Shown here: positions 9,648 to 18,673 of the stretch, one piece after another | Layout: each line of letters starts with the position of its first letter | How positions within the stretch are numbered: position 1 is the stretch's first letter | Position numbers and translations under genes: made by a program | Source of the DNA: Acidimicrobiales bacterium | GTDB lineage: Bacteria; Actinomycetota; Acidimicrobiia; Acidimicrobiales; VFJN01 | Direction of reading: 5' to 3' | NCBI GenBank assembly: GCA_046598715.1 | Contig: JBKJIE010000093.1 | Span: 16,964-80,963, forward strand | DNA: 64,000 bases | Notes under the pieces: model-generated | Database searches by the model: none | What the model was told of the DNA's origin: nothing | Seen by the model: the letters and a program-made list of their open reading frames with translations, nothing else

Positions 9648-10289
9648 TCAGGCCGGCAGCTCCATCAGGGCCGACACGGCGGACTCGACCTGCTCGGCCG
9701 GCGGGTCTGACGACAGACCCACCCAGAAGTTCGCCCACTGCTCGTCGACGGCGAACTTGGCGCCAAAGTCGCCGTAGTGGAGGAAGTCCTCGAAGCCGAC
9801 CAGCGTCGTGAAGGTGCCTTCGCCGCGACCGATCGTCTGCACGCTGCGCACCCGTCCGCCGAGGCGCTCGAGGTGACCACGCGCCGTCGCCTGGGAGGCG
9901 AGGTGATCGACGAGACGACCCGGACGGGTCTTGAACGCCACCGCGATCAGCACCCGCGAGTACTCCGTGGGAAGGCCTTCGGTGGCGTCAAGGTCGTTCA
10001 TCAGGTAGTTCTCGACGTTGGTACCCGAGGGATCGGCCATGGCGCCTGCCCAGAAGGCCTGCCACTCAGTGCTCGTACCGACGGCCTGCATCGTCTTGCC
10101 ATAGGCGACCTGGTCTTCATACGCGACGACGAAGTTGATGGTGCCGGCCTCGCCGCCCGCGATGGGCTGCCACATCGTGACGATCCCTCCGTTGGCCTCG
10201 AGGATCGTCTTGGCCTGGGTCATCGACACGATGAGGTCACCAGCCCGCCCTGCGAGTGGACGCCACGTGTGCACTGAGAACACTGCCAT
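9648..10289 (-). CDS. Hypothetical protein, two-repeat alpha/beta-barrel-like
   Basis: Only the last 213 aa of ORF 9648..11036 look coding (MAVFSVHTWRPLAG...). ATG at 10289-10287. The upstream 249 aa are shadow sequence antisense to the MprF-like gene. Confidence 0.55.
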   Translation of the reverse strand: MAVFSVHTWRPLAGRAGDLIVSMTQAKTILEANGGIVTMWQPIAGGEAGTINFVVAYEDQVAYGKTMQAVGTSTEWQAFWAGAMADPSGTNVENYLMNDLDATEGLPTEYSRVLIAVAFKTRPGRLVDHLASQATARGHLERLGGRVRSVQTIGRGEGTFTTLVGFEDFLHYGDFGAKFAVDEQWANFWVGLSSDPPAEQVESAVSALMELPA

Positions 10290-10385
10290 TTCGCTTGCTC
10301 CGATCCGGGGCCGGCTTGACCCGCGTTGTTCCGACGAGTCGGTTGTCGCGCCGTGACGTCGGCCCAGCAATGACACCAACGGGCC

Positions 10386-13300
10386 ATGAACGTCAACGGT
10401 CCGCGAGGGTCCACGCCCCCGCTCCGAGCCAGAACGGTGCGGGCAGTACGGTTCGTCGGTGGCAACTCGGCTCGACCTACACCTGGCGGTCCGAGGTTGA
10501 ACCCGGCGCAACCGGAGGATGCCGCAGGTGGCGCCATCGCCGACCGCGTCGAGGTGCGCCTGCCGCGAGGTGCGACGGTCGTGATCTGCAGCGATCTCCA
10601 CCTCAGCGAGCGCGCGACAGAGGCGTCGCGGATCGTCACCGGCGAGCTCTGTGAGCGCCTCCGGCAGCTGACCGGTCCGGGTGCGGTGGTGCTCAACGGT
10701 GACTGCTTCGAGCTGCTCCTCGCCCTCCAGCCGTCGGTCGCGGCTGTGCTGGACGCCCACCCGGACTTCGCGGCGGTGCTCGCGGAGGTCGGGCACTCGG
10801 AGGGTCGCGAGGTCGTCGTCACCGTCGGCAACCACGACGGCCGGCTCGCGTGGGACGCGGCCGAGGCCGACGTGCTCCGGGCGCGGATCGGAGCGGTCGT
10901 CGCGCTGAGCGTGGACCTGCTCCTCGACACCGCCCGCGGCGTGCGGGTCGTCCGGGTGGAGCACGGGCACCAGTTCGATCCTGCCAACGCGCTTCGCGAT
11001 GCCCGAGATCCCCTCGACACGCCGCTCGGACAGCACATGGTGCAGGAGGTGGTGCCGGAGCTCACGGCGCGCCCGTTCCTCGCCGATGCGCAGTGGCTGT
11101 CCGATCCGGATCAGCTTCCTCGCTTCGTCGGCTCACGCGTGGTGTACCGAGAGCTGCTCGGCCGAGCGACCTGGCTGCTGGTGCCACTCATGCTCCTGCT
11201 GCTCGCCCTGCGGACGCCGATCATCGCGGCCGCGATGTCGGTGACCCCAGGGAGGCAGGAGCTGGCGGGGTTCTTGCTGGTCGGCGTCGTCGGGGTGGTC
11301 GTCGACGTCGCGGCCGTGGCGGTGCTGATCGTGGTCATCGCCCGGCGAGTGTTCCGGTCGCTCACGACCGCCCGCCTCGGCGCACGTGGCACCCATCTGA
11401 ACGAGCCTCCGCGTGCTGCTGGGGAGGCCCTGTGCGGCCAGGGGTTCGCCGGGTTCGTCACCGGTCACACCCATCACCCCGAGCTCACCCCACTGCGCGA
11501 GGGCTTCTACGCGAACAGCGGGTGTGGCGTGCAAGCGGTGGAGGCCCGTCGAACGCGCGGTGGGATGCCGCCGGTCTTCGTGGGCGTGCACCGCCGCTCG
11601 TGGCTGGAGCTCGACGCCGGTCGCGACGTCGAGACCCGCCTCATCGTGGCCGAGACGCCGGTGCCGGGCGCCACCAGGCTGGAGCGCCTCGCCAGTCGGA
11701 AGCACCCGGCTCGTCCGGCCGTGCCCACCGTCGTGGGCTCGTGCCCCGGCGGCGCCGGATGGCCGATCGATCACGCCGCCCTCGGTGACGCCTCACAGAA
11801 CCGACGCAGCCGGCGCGCCGCCGCCGGATTCGTGCTCCTCGCCGCGATGGTCGGGGTGTACTCGGCCGTCACGCCGCCGTCCCGCAGTCGCCTGCGGGCG
11901 CTGCTCGGGGTCATGCCTGTCGAGCTGCCCCAGGCGGCGTCGGCGACCCTGGTGTTCGCATCGATCTCGCTGCTCCTGCTCGCCCGGGGGTTGCGTCGCG
12001 GGAACCGCCTCGCGTGGCTGGCGACCTTGGGCGTGCTGACCGCGTCCGCCGTGCTCCACCTGCTCAAGGGAGGTGACGTCGAAGAAGCCGCGCTCGCCGT
12101 GGGCATCGTGATCTGGCTGACGGCGCGCTCGTCGGCGTTCCAGGTCCGCCCTGACACGGCGTCGGTCCGGCGGGCCGCCGTTCTCTCTCTCGCGGGGGCG
12201 GCGATCGCGGTGACGCTGTCCGAAGCGCTCGTGCTCGCGGTGGGCACCCACCGGCCGACGAACGCGTCGATCGGCGCGCTCGTGGAACGGCTGGCCGGGA
12301 ACGCCACCGTCCCCCTGCCCGGTGACACGCCCTTCGTCACGCCGGCCTTGGCGGCGACCGGTGTGGGTCTTGCCCTCGCCGTCGTGCTCATCCTCTTGGC
12401 CCCGCGCCGCCCGCCCAAGCCCTCGGCTCGTCAGCACCTCGCCGACCGCGCCCGGGCCCGGCGGATCGTCGAACGCCATGGTGGCGACACGCTCGCCTAC
12501 TTCGCGCTGAGGGACGACAAGCAGTGGTTCTTCACGGGCGGGTCCGTGGTGGCCTACGGGGTGCGCAACGGCGTCTGCCTCGTGTCGCCCGACCCCATCG
12601 GTCCGGTCGACGAGTGGGCCGCCACGTGGTCGGAGTTCGCGGCCTTCGCCGATCGACACGGTTGGGCCGTAGCGGTGCTGGCGGCCGGTCCGGGCTGGCT
12701 GCCCGTCTACGAGGCGGCCGGGATGCAGACCATCTACATGGGCGACGAGGCCATCGTCGACTGCCAGGCCTTCACGCTCGAGGGCGGCACCATGAAGGGT
12801 CTGCGCGGCTCGCACAACCGAGTGAGGAAGGCCGGGTACACGACAATCTTCCTTCGCTCTGGCGAGGTCGAACCCGAGCTCGAGCGAGCGCTGCGCGACA
12901 TGATGGCCGACACGCGGCACGGCGAGACCGAGCGGGGGTTCTCCATGACCCTCTCCCGGATCTTCGACCCTGAGGATCACGATCTCCTCCTGTCGATCGC
13001 GCTCGATCCGAACGGCCGGCCGACGGCGTTCTGCCAGTGGGTCCCGGCCGCAGAGATCGCCGGCTGGTCGCTCGACCTGACCCGTCGATCGAGGGCCGAG
13101 CAGCCCAACGGCGTCTCCGACTTCCTCATCGTCGAGATGATCCTGCACCTCAAGGCCACCCACCAGGTGGGCCTTGGGCTCAACTTCGCTGTGATGCGGG
13201 AGATCGTGGCCGGCGAGCGCGAGGGCGGGTTCTCCAACCTCGAGCGGAGGATCCTGCAGAAGTTCAGCGAGACGATGCAGATCGAGTCGCTCTGGCGCTA

Positions 13301-13451
13301 CAACGAGAAGTTCCGTCCGTACTGGCGGCCCCGCTACGTGGTGCTCGACGCGGTGGAGCACAGTGCCGCTGGAACCATCGCCATCGCAGGCGCCGAGTCG
13401 ATCTCCGAGCTGCCGTTGTTGGGTCGCTTCTTCAGCCAGCCGCGCCACTGA
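10386..13451 (+). CDS. Fusion protein: membrane-anchored calcineurin-like metallophosphoesterase + MprF-type C-terminal TM segments + aminoacyl-phosphatidylglycerol synthase domain (DUF2156/LPG_synthase_C)
   Basis: Metallophosphoesterase motifs: CSDLH, NGDCFE, VGNHD, EHGH, and after two inserted TM helices, VTGHTHHPE. aa ~478-675 carry MprF-like TM helices (LLLLARGLRRGNRLAWL...LLKGGDVEEAAL). aa ~690-1021 carry the DUF2156 signature (HGGDTLAYFALRDDKQWFF...GLRGSHNRVRKAGY). Confidence 0.8.
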   Translation: MNVNGPRGSTPPLRARTVRAVRFVGGNSARPTPGGPRLNPAQPEDAAGGAIADRVEVRLPRGATVVICSDLHLSERATEASRIVTGELCERLRQLTGPGAVVLNGDCFELLLALQPSVAAVLDAHPDFAAVLAEVGHSEGREVVVTVGNHDGRLAWDAAEADVLRARIGAVVALSVDLLLDTARGVRVVRVEHGHQFDPANALRDARDPLDTPLGQHMVQEVVPELTARPFLADAQWLSDPDQLPRFVGSRVVYRELLGRATWLLVPLMLLLLALRTPIIAAAMSVTPGRQELAGFLLVGVVGVVVDVAAVAVLIVVIARRVFRSLTTARLGARGTHLNEPPRAAGEALCGQGFAGFVTGHTHHPELTPLREGFYANSGCGVQAVEARRTRGGMPPVFVGVHRRSWLELDAGRDVETRLIVAETPVPGATRLERLASRKHPARPAVPTVVGSCPGGAGWPIDHAALGDASQNRRSRRAAAGFVLLAAMVGVYSAVTPPSRSRLRALLGVMPVELPQAASATLVFASISLLLLARGLRRGNRLAWLATLGVLTASAVLHLLKGGDVEEAALAVGIVIWLTARSSAFQVRPDTASVRRAAVLSLAGAAIAVTLSEALVLAVGTHRPTNASIGALVERLAGNATVPLPGDTPFVTPALAATGVGLALAVVLILLAPRRPPKPSARQHLADRARARRIVERHGGDTLAYFALRDDKQWFFTGGSVVAYGVRNGVCLVSPDPIGPVDEWAATWSEFAAFADRHGWAVAVLAAGPGWLPVYEAAGMQTIYMGDEAIVDCQAFTLEGGTMKGLRGSHNRVRKAGYTTIFLRSGEVEPELERALRDMMADTRHGETERGFSMTLSRIFDPEDHDLLLSIALDPNGRPTAFCQWVPAAEIAGWSLDLTRRSRAEQPNGVSDFLIVEMILHLKATHQVGLGLNFAVMREIVAGEREGGFSNLERRILQKFSETMQIESLWRYNEKFRPYWRPRYVVLDAVEHSAAGTIAIAGAESISELPLLGRFFSQPRH

Positions 13452-13501
13452 CGGCCCGGCGTGCGTTCTGTAGGGCGTGCGAGCACGCGGGTCGTCGGAC
13501 C

Positions 13502-15073
13502 TCAGCCGCCGCCGGCTGCCTCGAGGTCGAGCTCGATGGCCCGCAGCTCCTCGGGGGTGCCCTGGATCTTCGGGCCCGTGAACCACTTGCGGGCCGACAG
13601 TGTCCAGTAGCCGTACACGTAGAGCATGAGCAGGCCGAGAGCCACTGGGGCGTAGTTGAAGCTGGCGTAGGTGATCGGGCTGAACTGCGGCAGCAGGAAG
13701 TAGATGCTGATGAAGCCGACCCACACCACCGCGATCCACCCGATGACGTAGCTCCAGCGGCCGAGGTGCCAGGGCCCCCGCTGGAAGCTCTCACCCTGCC
13801 GCAACCGGAGGAACACCGGGAGGATGTAGGCGATGTAGAGCCCGATGACGCCGATCGACACGATGGCGAAGAAGGTGGCCGGGAACCCGCCCGCCTCCCG
13901 AAGCGATGGCACGCCGGCGAGGAAGGCCAGGAAGGCGCAGATCCAGATCGAGTTCGTTGGCGTCCGCGTGCGGGGGTTGATGCGGTGCCAGCGCTTGTGA
14001 CCGGGCACGGCGCCATCCCTGGAGAAGGCGTAGAGCATCCGGGAGTTGGCCGTGAGCGAGGCGTTGCCGCAGAAGAACTGGGCGACGCAGGCGATGCCCA
14101 CCAGGATCTTCGTGCCGTCGGCTCCGATGGCGTTGAGGATGATCGGGATGGGGGCGGTGATGAGGCTGCCGGCCGCGGTGACCGTGTCGAAGCCCGGCTC
14201 GATGGCGAAGGCCACGGCGAGCAGCAAGATGTACCCGGCGATGCCAGAGAGCCACACCGAGGTGACCATCCCCTTGGGACCGGCAACCGCCGCGTTCTCG
14301 GTCTCCTCAGTCATGTGGGCCGAGGCGTCGAAGCCGGTGATCGTGTACTGCGCGAGCAGCAGCCCGATGAAGAACACGTACACGCCCGAGCCCCGTCCAG
14401 CCCACCCGGTGTTGTTCTGGAAGTGGCTGAACACATAGCTGGCCGAGGCGTGTCGATCGGGGAGCACCACCAGAAAGGCGAGGAACACGGCCACGCCGAT
14501 CAGGTGCCACCACACGCTGATGTCGTTGAGCAGAGCCGTGATCCGGATCCCCAACGTGTTGAGGATGCCGTGGAGGACGAGCAGCACGCCGTAGATGAAC
14601 AGCAGCGAGCGGGGCGTCGGCACGAAGTCGGTCGTGAGGGTGAGGAAGCCGCCCACGAAGTTGGCCAGCGCGAAGTCGATGCTCGCCGTGATGGCTACCT
14701 GGCCGATGAGGTTGAACCAGCCGGTGGTCCAGCTCCACAACGGGGCGTTGCGCTTGGCCAGCTTCGCCGACCAGTAGTAGAGGCCGCCGGCGGTGGGGTA
14801 GCTGGAGCAGACCTCGCCCATCGACATGGCCACCGTGAGCGACATGACCGTGACGATGGGCCAGCCGTAGACGATTGCCGGGCCCCCACCTGCGTAGAGC
14901 ACCAGGTAGAAGGTGGTCAGGCAGCCGGCCAGGATCGAGATGATCGAGAACGAGACCGCCATGTTCGAGAAGCCCTGCATCTTGCGGCCGAGCTCTTGGG
15001 CGTAGCCCAGCTCGTGGAGCCGCTCGGTGTCGGACTTGTGGGTCGCAGGCGACCCAGGCATGTCGACGGACAT
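13502..15073 (-). CDS. APC-superfamily amino acid/amine permease
   Basis: 523 aa with ~12 predicted hydrophobic segments. N-terminal region typical of amino acid/choline/GABA-type permeases (LGRKMQGFSNMAVSFSIISILAG...EVCSSYPTAGGLYYW). Confidence 0.85.
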   Translation of the reverse strand: MSVDMPGSPATHKSDTERLHELGYAQELGRKMQGFSNMAVSFSIISILAGCLTTFYLVLYAGGGPAIVYGWPIVTVMSLTVAMSMGEVCSSYPTAGGLYYWSAKLAKRNAPLWSWTTGWFNLIGQVAITASIDFALANFVGGFLTLTTDFVPTPRSLLFIYGVLLVLHGILNTLGIRITALLNDISVWWHLIGVAVFLAFLVVLPDRHASASYVFSHFQNNTGWAGRGSGVYVFFIGLLLAQYTITGFDASAHMTEETENAAVAGPKGMVTSVWLSGIAGYILLLAVAFAIEPGFDTVTAAGSLITAPIPIILNAIGADGTKILVGIACVAQFFCGNASLTANSRMLYAFSRDGAVPGHKRWHRINPRTRTPTNSIWICAFLAFLAGVPSLREAGGFPATFFAIVSIGVIGLYIAYILPVFLRLRQGESFQRGPWHLGRWSYVIGWIAVVWVGFISIYFLLPQFSPITYASFNYAPVALGLLMLYVYGYWTLSARKWFTGPKIQGTPEELRAIELDLEAAGGG

Positions 15074-15193
15074 AGCGTCCTCCTCCCGCCCATCCCCCCG
15101 GGGTGAGCGCTCAAGATGTGACTAACAGTTACCCATCGAGCCCGCTGCGGAGGTGGATGGTGGTTCGCGCCCTCGCGCCCGGCGGTGGTGTGA

Positions 15194-16570
15194 TTGACTG
15201 CCGCGGTGCCCACCCCGCTGACCGTGGAGGAGCTCCGGTCCCTCGTGGAGGGCGGCGACGTCGACACGGTGCTCGTCGCCTTCACCGACATGCAGGGCCG
15301 CCTGCAGGGCAAGCGCTGCCATGCGCAGTACTTCCTCGACGAGGTGCTGGCCCACGCCACCGAGGCGTGCAACTACCTGCTCGCGGTCGACGTGGAGATG
15401 AACACCGTGGCGGGCTACGCCATGTCGTCGTGGGACACCGGGTATGGCGACTTCGTGCTGCGCCCCGACCTCTCCACGCTGCGCCTCGTGCCCTGGCAGC
15501 CAGGAACCGCGCTCGTGCTCTGCGATGTGGAGTGGGACGACGGCTCGCCTGTGGTGGCTTCGCCGCGCCAGATCCTGCGTCGGCAGGTCGAGCGCCTCGC
15601 CGAGCGAGGGTTGGTGGCCTTCGCCGGGACCGAGCTGGAGTTCATCGTCTTCCAGGACACGTATGAGGCGGCGTGGACGGCCGGGTACCACGGGCTCACC
15701 CCGGGGAACCAGTACAACGTCGACTACTCCCTGCTGGGCACGGCGCGCGTCGAGCCGCTGCTCCGCCGCATCCGCAACGACATGACGGGTGCCGGGTTGG
15801 TGGTCGAGTCGGCGAAGGGCGAGTGCAACCCGGGGCAGCACGAGATCGCCTTCCTCTACGACGAGGCGCTCGTCACCGCCGATCGGCACTCCATCTACAA
15901 GACGGGGGCCAAGGAGATCGCCGCGCAGGAGGGCATGAGCCTCACCTTCATGTCCAAGTACAACGAGCGCGAGGGCAACTCCTGTCACATCCACCTGAGC
16001 GTGCGCTCCACCGACGGTGTGCCAGCGATGGCCGGTGACGGCGCCGGTGACGCGTCCGGGTTCTCGCCGCTGATGGAGCGCTGGCTCGCCGGCCAGCTGG
16101 CCTGCCTGGAGGAGCTCACGCTGCTCTTTGCCCCCAACGTCAACTCGTACAAGCGATTCGCCGAGGGCAGCTTCGCTCCCACCGCGATCGCGTGGGGGCG
16201 GGACAACCGCACGTGCGCGATGCGGGTGGTCGGCCATGGCCCCGCGCTCCGAGTCGAGAACCGAGTGCCGGGCGGCGACGTCAACCCCTACCTCGCACTG
16301 GCCGGTGTGATCGCGGCGGGCCTCCATGGCATCGATGAGGGCCTCGTACTCGAGCCACCGCTGGCGGGCAACGCCTACGTGTCGGACCGGCCACGAGTGC
16401 CCTCCACGCTGCGGGATGCCGCCGATCGCTTCACGGCCTCGGAGGTGGCACGGGCGGCGTTCGGCGACGACGTGGTGGAGCACTACACCCACGCGGCCCG
16501 GGTCGAGCAGGCGGCCTTCGACTCAGCGGTCACCGATTGGGAGCGCGTCCGCGGGTTCGAGCGGCTGTGA
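15194..16570 (+). CDS. Glutamine synthetase-family gamma-glutamyl-amine ligase (GlnA3/GlnA4/PuuA-like)
   Basis: 458-aa GS-fold sequence (VAFTDMQGRLQGKR, ELEFIVF, NSCHIHLS, NSYKRF, NRTCAMRV...ENRVPGGDVNPYL). The start is TTG 15194 or GTG 15206. Confidence 0.85.
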   Translation: MTAAVPTPLTVEELRSLVEGGDVDTVLVAFTDMQGRLQGKRCHAQYFLDEVLAHATEACNYLLAVDVEMNTVAGYAMSSWDTGYGDFVLRPDLSTLRLVPWQPGTALVLCDVEWDDGSPVVASPRQILRRQVERLAERGLVAFAGTELEFIVFQDTYEAAWTAGYHGLTPGNQYNVDYSLLGTARVEPLLRRIRNDMTGAGLVVESAKGECNPGQHEIAFLYDEALVTADRHSIYKTGAKEIAAQEGMSLTFMSKYNEREGNSCHIHLSVRSTDGVPAMAGDGAGDASGFSPLMERWLAGQLACLEELTLLFAPNVNSYKRFAEGSFAPTAIAWGRDNRTCAMRVVGHGPALRVENRVPGGDVNPYLALAGVIAAGLHGIDEGLVLEPPLAGNAYVSDRPRVPSTLRDAADRFTASEVARAAFGDDVVEHYTHAARVEQAAFDSAVTDWERVRGFERL

Positions 16571-17307
16571 GCTGGACGGGGGCTGCTTCGGCGCCACCTC
16601 GCATCGGGTTGACCACCTACCTCGAGCGGGCCCGGTTCGGCGTGTGGGACGAGCAGGCGGCCTTGCTGCCAGCCAGCTACGTGGAGGTCGTGGCCGCGGC
16701 CGGGGGGCTGCCCGTGCTGCTGCCCCCGATCGTGCCCGCCGATCTCGCGGCAGCCGCCGCGGCGGCCGTCGAGGGCATCAACGGGCTCGTGCTCACCGGC
16801 GGGGCCGACGTCGGCCCCGAGCACTATGGAGCTGAGCCCCATGCCGAGACGGACCGGCCCCGCGCGGAGCGCGATCACTGGGAGCTGGCCTTGCTCCGGG
16901 CGGCGCTCGATGCGGATCTCCCCGTGCTCGCCGTGTGCCGCGGTGCGCAGCTGCTCAACGTGGCGCGTGGCGGGTCGTTGCACCAGCACCTCCCCGACCT
17001 GGTCGGCGGACCCACCCACCGACCTGCGCTCGGCACCTTCGCGCACCTGTCGGTGCAGGCCACGCCCGGAAGTCGGCTGGCCCACATCGTCGGCGAGTCC
17101 GCCGAGGTGCACTGCCATCACCATCAGGCCATCGATCGGCTGGGGGACGGTCTCACGGTGTGCGCCCGTGCCGACGACGGCACCGTCGAGGGCGTCGAGC
17201 TGGCCAGCGCCCGCTTCGCGCTCGGCGTGCAGTGGCACCCCGAGGAGGCGGGCGATCAGCGGCTGTTCCGAGCGCTTGTCGACGCCGCGACGGCGAGCCG
17301 ACCGTGA
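16567..17307 (+). CDS. Gamma-glutamyl-amide hydrolase (peptidase C26 / class-I glutamine amidotransferase, PuuD-like)
   Basis: Motifs VLAVCRGAQLLNV, HHQAI and GVQWHPE. The GTG 16567 start forms a GTGA overlap with the upstream stop. Confidence 0.85.
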   Translation: MSWTGAASAPPRIGLTTYLERARFGVWDEQAALLPASYVEVVAAAGGLPVLLPPIVPADLAAAAAAAVEGINGLVLTGGADVGPEHYGAEPHAETDRPRAERDHWELALLRAALDADLPVLAVCRGAQLLNVARGGSLHQHLPDLVGGPTHRPALGTFAHLSVQATPGSRLAHIVGESAEVHCHHHQAIDRLGDGLTVCARADDGTVEGVELASARFALGVQWHPEEAGDQRLFRALVDAATASRP

Positions 17308-18662
17308 CCAGTCACGACGTCGTCAACCCGGCCACCGAGGAGGTGGTGTGCAGCGTTCCCGGCACCTCCGCGGAAGCAGTCGACTCGGCCATCGTTCGCG
17401 CCCGCGCCGCGTTCCCCGCCTGGGCCGAGGTGGCTCCGGGCGATCGCGCCCGCCTCCTGCGCCGCTTCGCCGCTGCGATCGACGCAAACCTCGAGCACCT
17501 CGCCGACCTCGAGGTGGCCAACGCCGGTCACACGATCAGCAACGCCCGCTGGGAGGCGGGCAACGCCCGCGATGTCGTCGAGTACTACGCCGCGTCGCCG
17601 GAACGCCTCTTCGGCCGACAGATCCCGGTGGCCGGCGGCCTCGACGTGACCTTTCGCGAGCCCCTCGGCGTGGTGGGCGTCATCGTGCCCTGGAACTTTC
17701 CGATGCCCATCGCGGCGTGGGGGTTCGCTCCCGCCCTGGCCGCTGGGAACACCGTGGTGCTCAAGCCGGCAGAGCTGACCCCGCTCACGGCCGTCCGCCT
17801 CGGCGAGCTGGCCCGCGAGGCCGGCATCCCTGAGGACGTCTTCCAGGTGCTCCCTGGTAAGGGCTCGATCGTGGGACAGCGGCTCGTCCACCATCCCGAC
17901 GTCCGCAAGATCACCTTCACCGGATCCACCGAGGTCGGACGGTCGATCATGGTGGGCGCCGCGGCCACCATGAAGCGCATCACCCTCGAGCTCGGTGGCA
18001 AGAGCGCCAACATTGTGTTCGCCGACTCGGATCTCGAGCAGGCCGCCGCCACCGCCCCCTACGCGGTGTTCGACAACGCGGGCCAGGACTGCTGCGCCCG
18101 CTCGCGCATCCTCGTCGAGCGCACCGTGCACGATCGGTTCCTCGAGCTCCTCGAGCCGGCGGTCAAGGGCGTGCGGGTGGGCGATCCCCGCTCCGACGAC
18201 ACGGAGATGGGGCCGCTCATCTCGGCGGCGCATCGCGACGTCGTGGCCTCCTACGTACCAGAGGGCGCGCCGGTGGCCTTCCGCGGCGAAGCACCGACCG
18301 GGCCTGGGTTCTGGTTCCCGGCCACCGTGCTGGCGCCGGTGGCGGCGCACGACCGCGCCTTCACGGAGGAGATCTTCGGCCCGGTGGTCACCGTCGTGCC
18401 CTTCGACGACGAGGCCGACGCCATCCGGATCGCCAACGACAGCCCCTACGGCCTGTCGGGGTCGATCTGGACGCAGAACGTCGGCCGGGCCCTGCGGGTG
18501 GCCCGGGCCGTCGAGGCCGGCAACCTGTCGGTCAACTCCCACTCGTCGGTTCGGTACTGGACCCCCTTCGGCGGGTTCAAGCAGTCGGGTCTCGGTCGAG
18601 AGCTCGGCCCCGACGCGCTCGACGCCTTCACCGACGTCAAGAACGTCTTCATCGCAACCTGA
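17304..18662 (+). CDS. NAD(P)-dependent aldehyde dehydrogenase
   Basis: ALDH motifs VPWNFP, FTGSTEVG, ELGGKSANIV and the catalytic-Cys region GQDCCARSR. The GTG 17304 start forms a GTGA overlap with the upstream stop. Confidence 0.9.
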   Translation: MTSHDVVNPATEEVVCSVPGTSAEAVDSAIVRARAAFPAWAEVAPGDRARLLRRFAAAIDANLEHLADLEVANAGHTISNARWEAGNARDVVEYYAASPERLFGRQIPVAGGLDVTFREPLGVVGVIVPWNFPMPIAAWGFAPALAAGNTVVLKPAELTPLTAVRLGELAREAGIPEDVFQVLPGKGSIVGQRLVHHPDVRKITFTGSTEVGRSIMVGAAATMKRITLELGGKSANIVFADSDLEQAAATAPYAVFDNAGQDCCARSRILVERTVHDRFLELLEPAVKGVRVGDPRSDDTEMGPLISAAHRDVVASYVPEGAPVAFRGEAPTGPGFWFPATVLAPVAAHDRAFTEEIFGPVVTVVPFDDEADAIRIANDSPYGLSGSIWTQNVGRALRVARAVEAGNLSVNSHSSVRYWTPFGGFKQSGLGRELGPDALDAFTDVKNVFIAT

Positions 18663-18673
18663 TCGGAGCACCG

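Noticed and set aside
10290-11036. N-terminal 249 aa of ORF 9648..11036
   Set aside because: This part is antisense to the metallophosphoesterase-MprF fusion gene. A coding-like sequence with a plausible ATG begins only at 10289.
15118-15132. GTGAC-TAACAG-TTACC, resembling half of an actinobacterial GlnR box (gTnAc-n6-GaAAc), in the permease/GS-like divergent region
   Set aside because: Only the a-site matches and the b-site is poor (TTACC against GaAAc). There is no second repeat unit. This is too weak to call.
16935-17303. N-terminal extension of the aldehyde dehydrogenase ORF (575-aa version), with similar extensions of ORFs 6432..7580, 8668..9627, 25014..26093, 25856..27325, 26244..28229 and 45651..47441
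   Set aside because: The extensions overlap the preceding genes in another frame and are Arg/Pro-rich. Family alignments and the GTGA/ATGA junctions place the true starts downstream.
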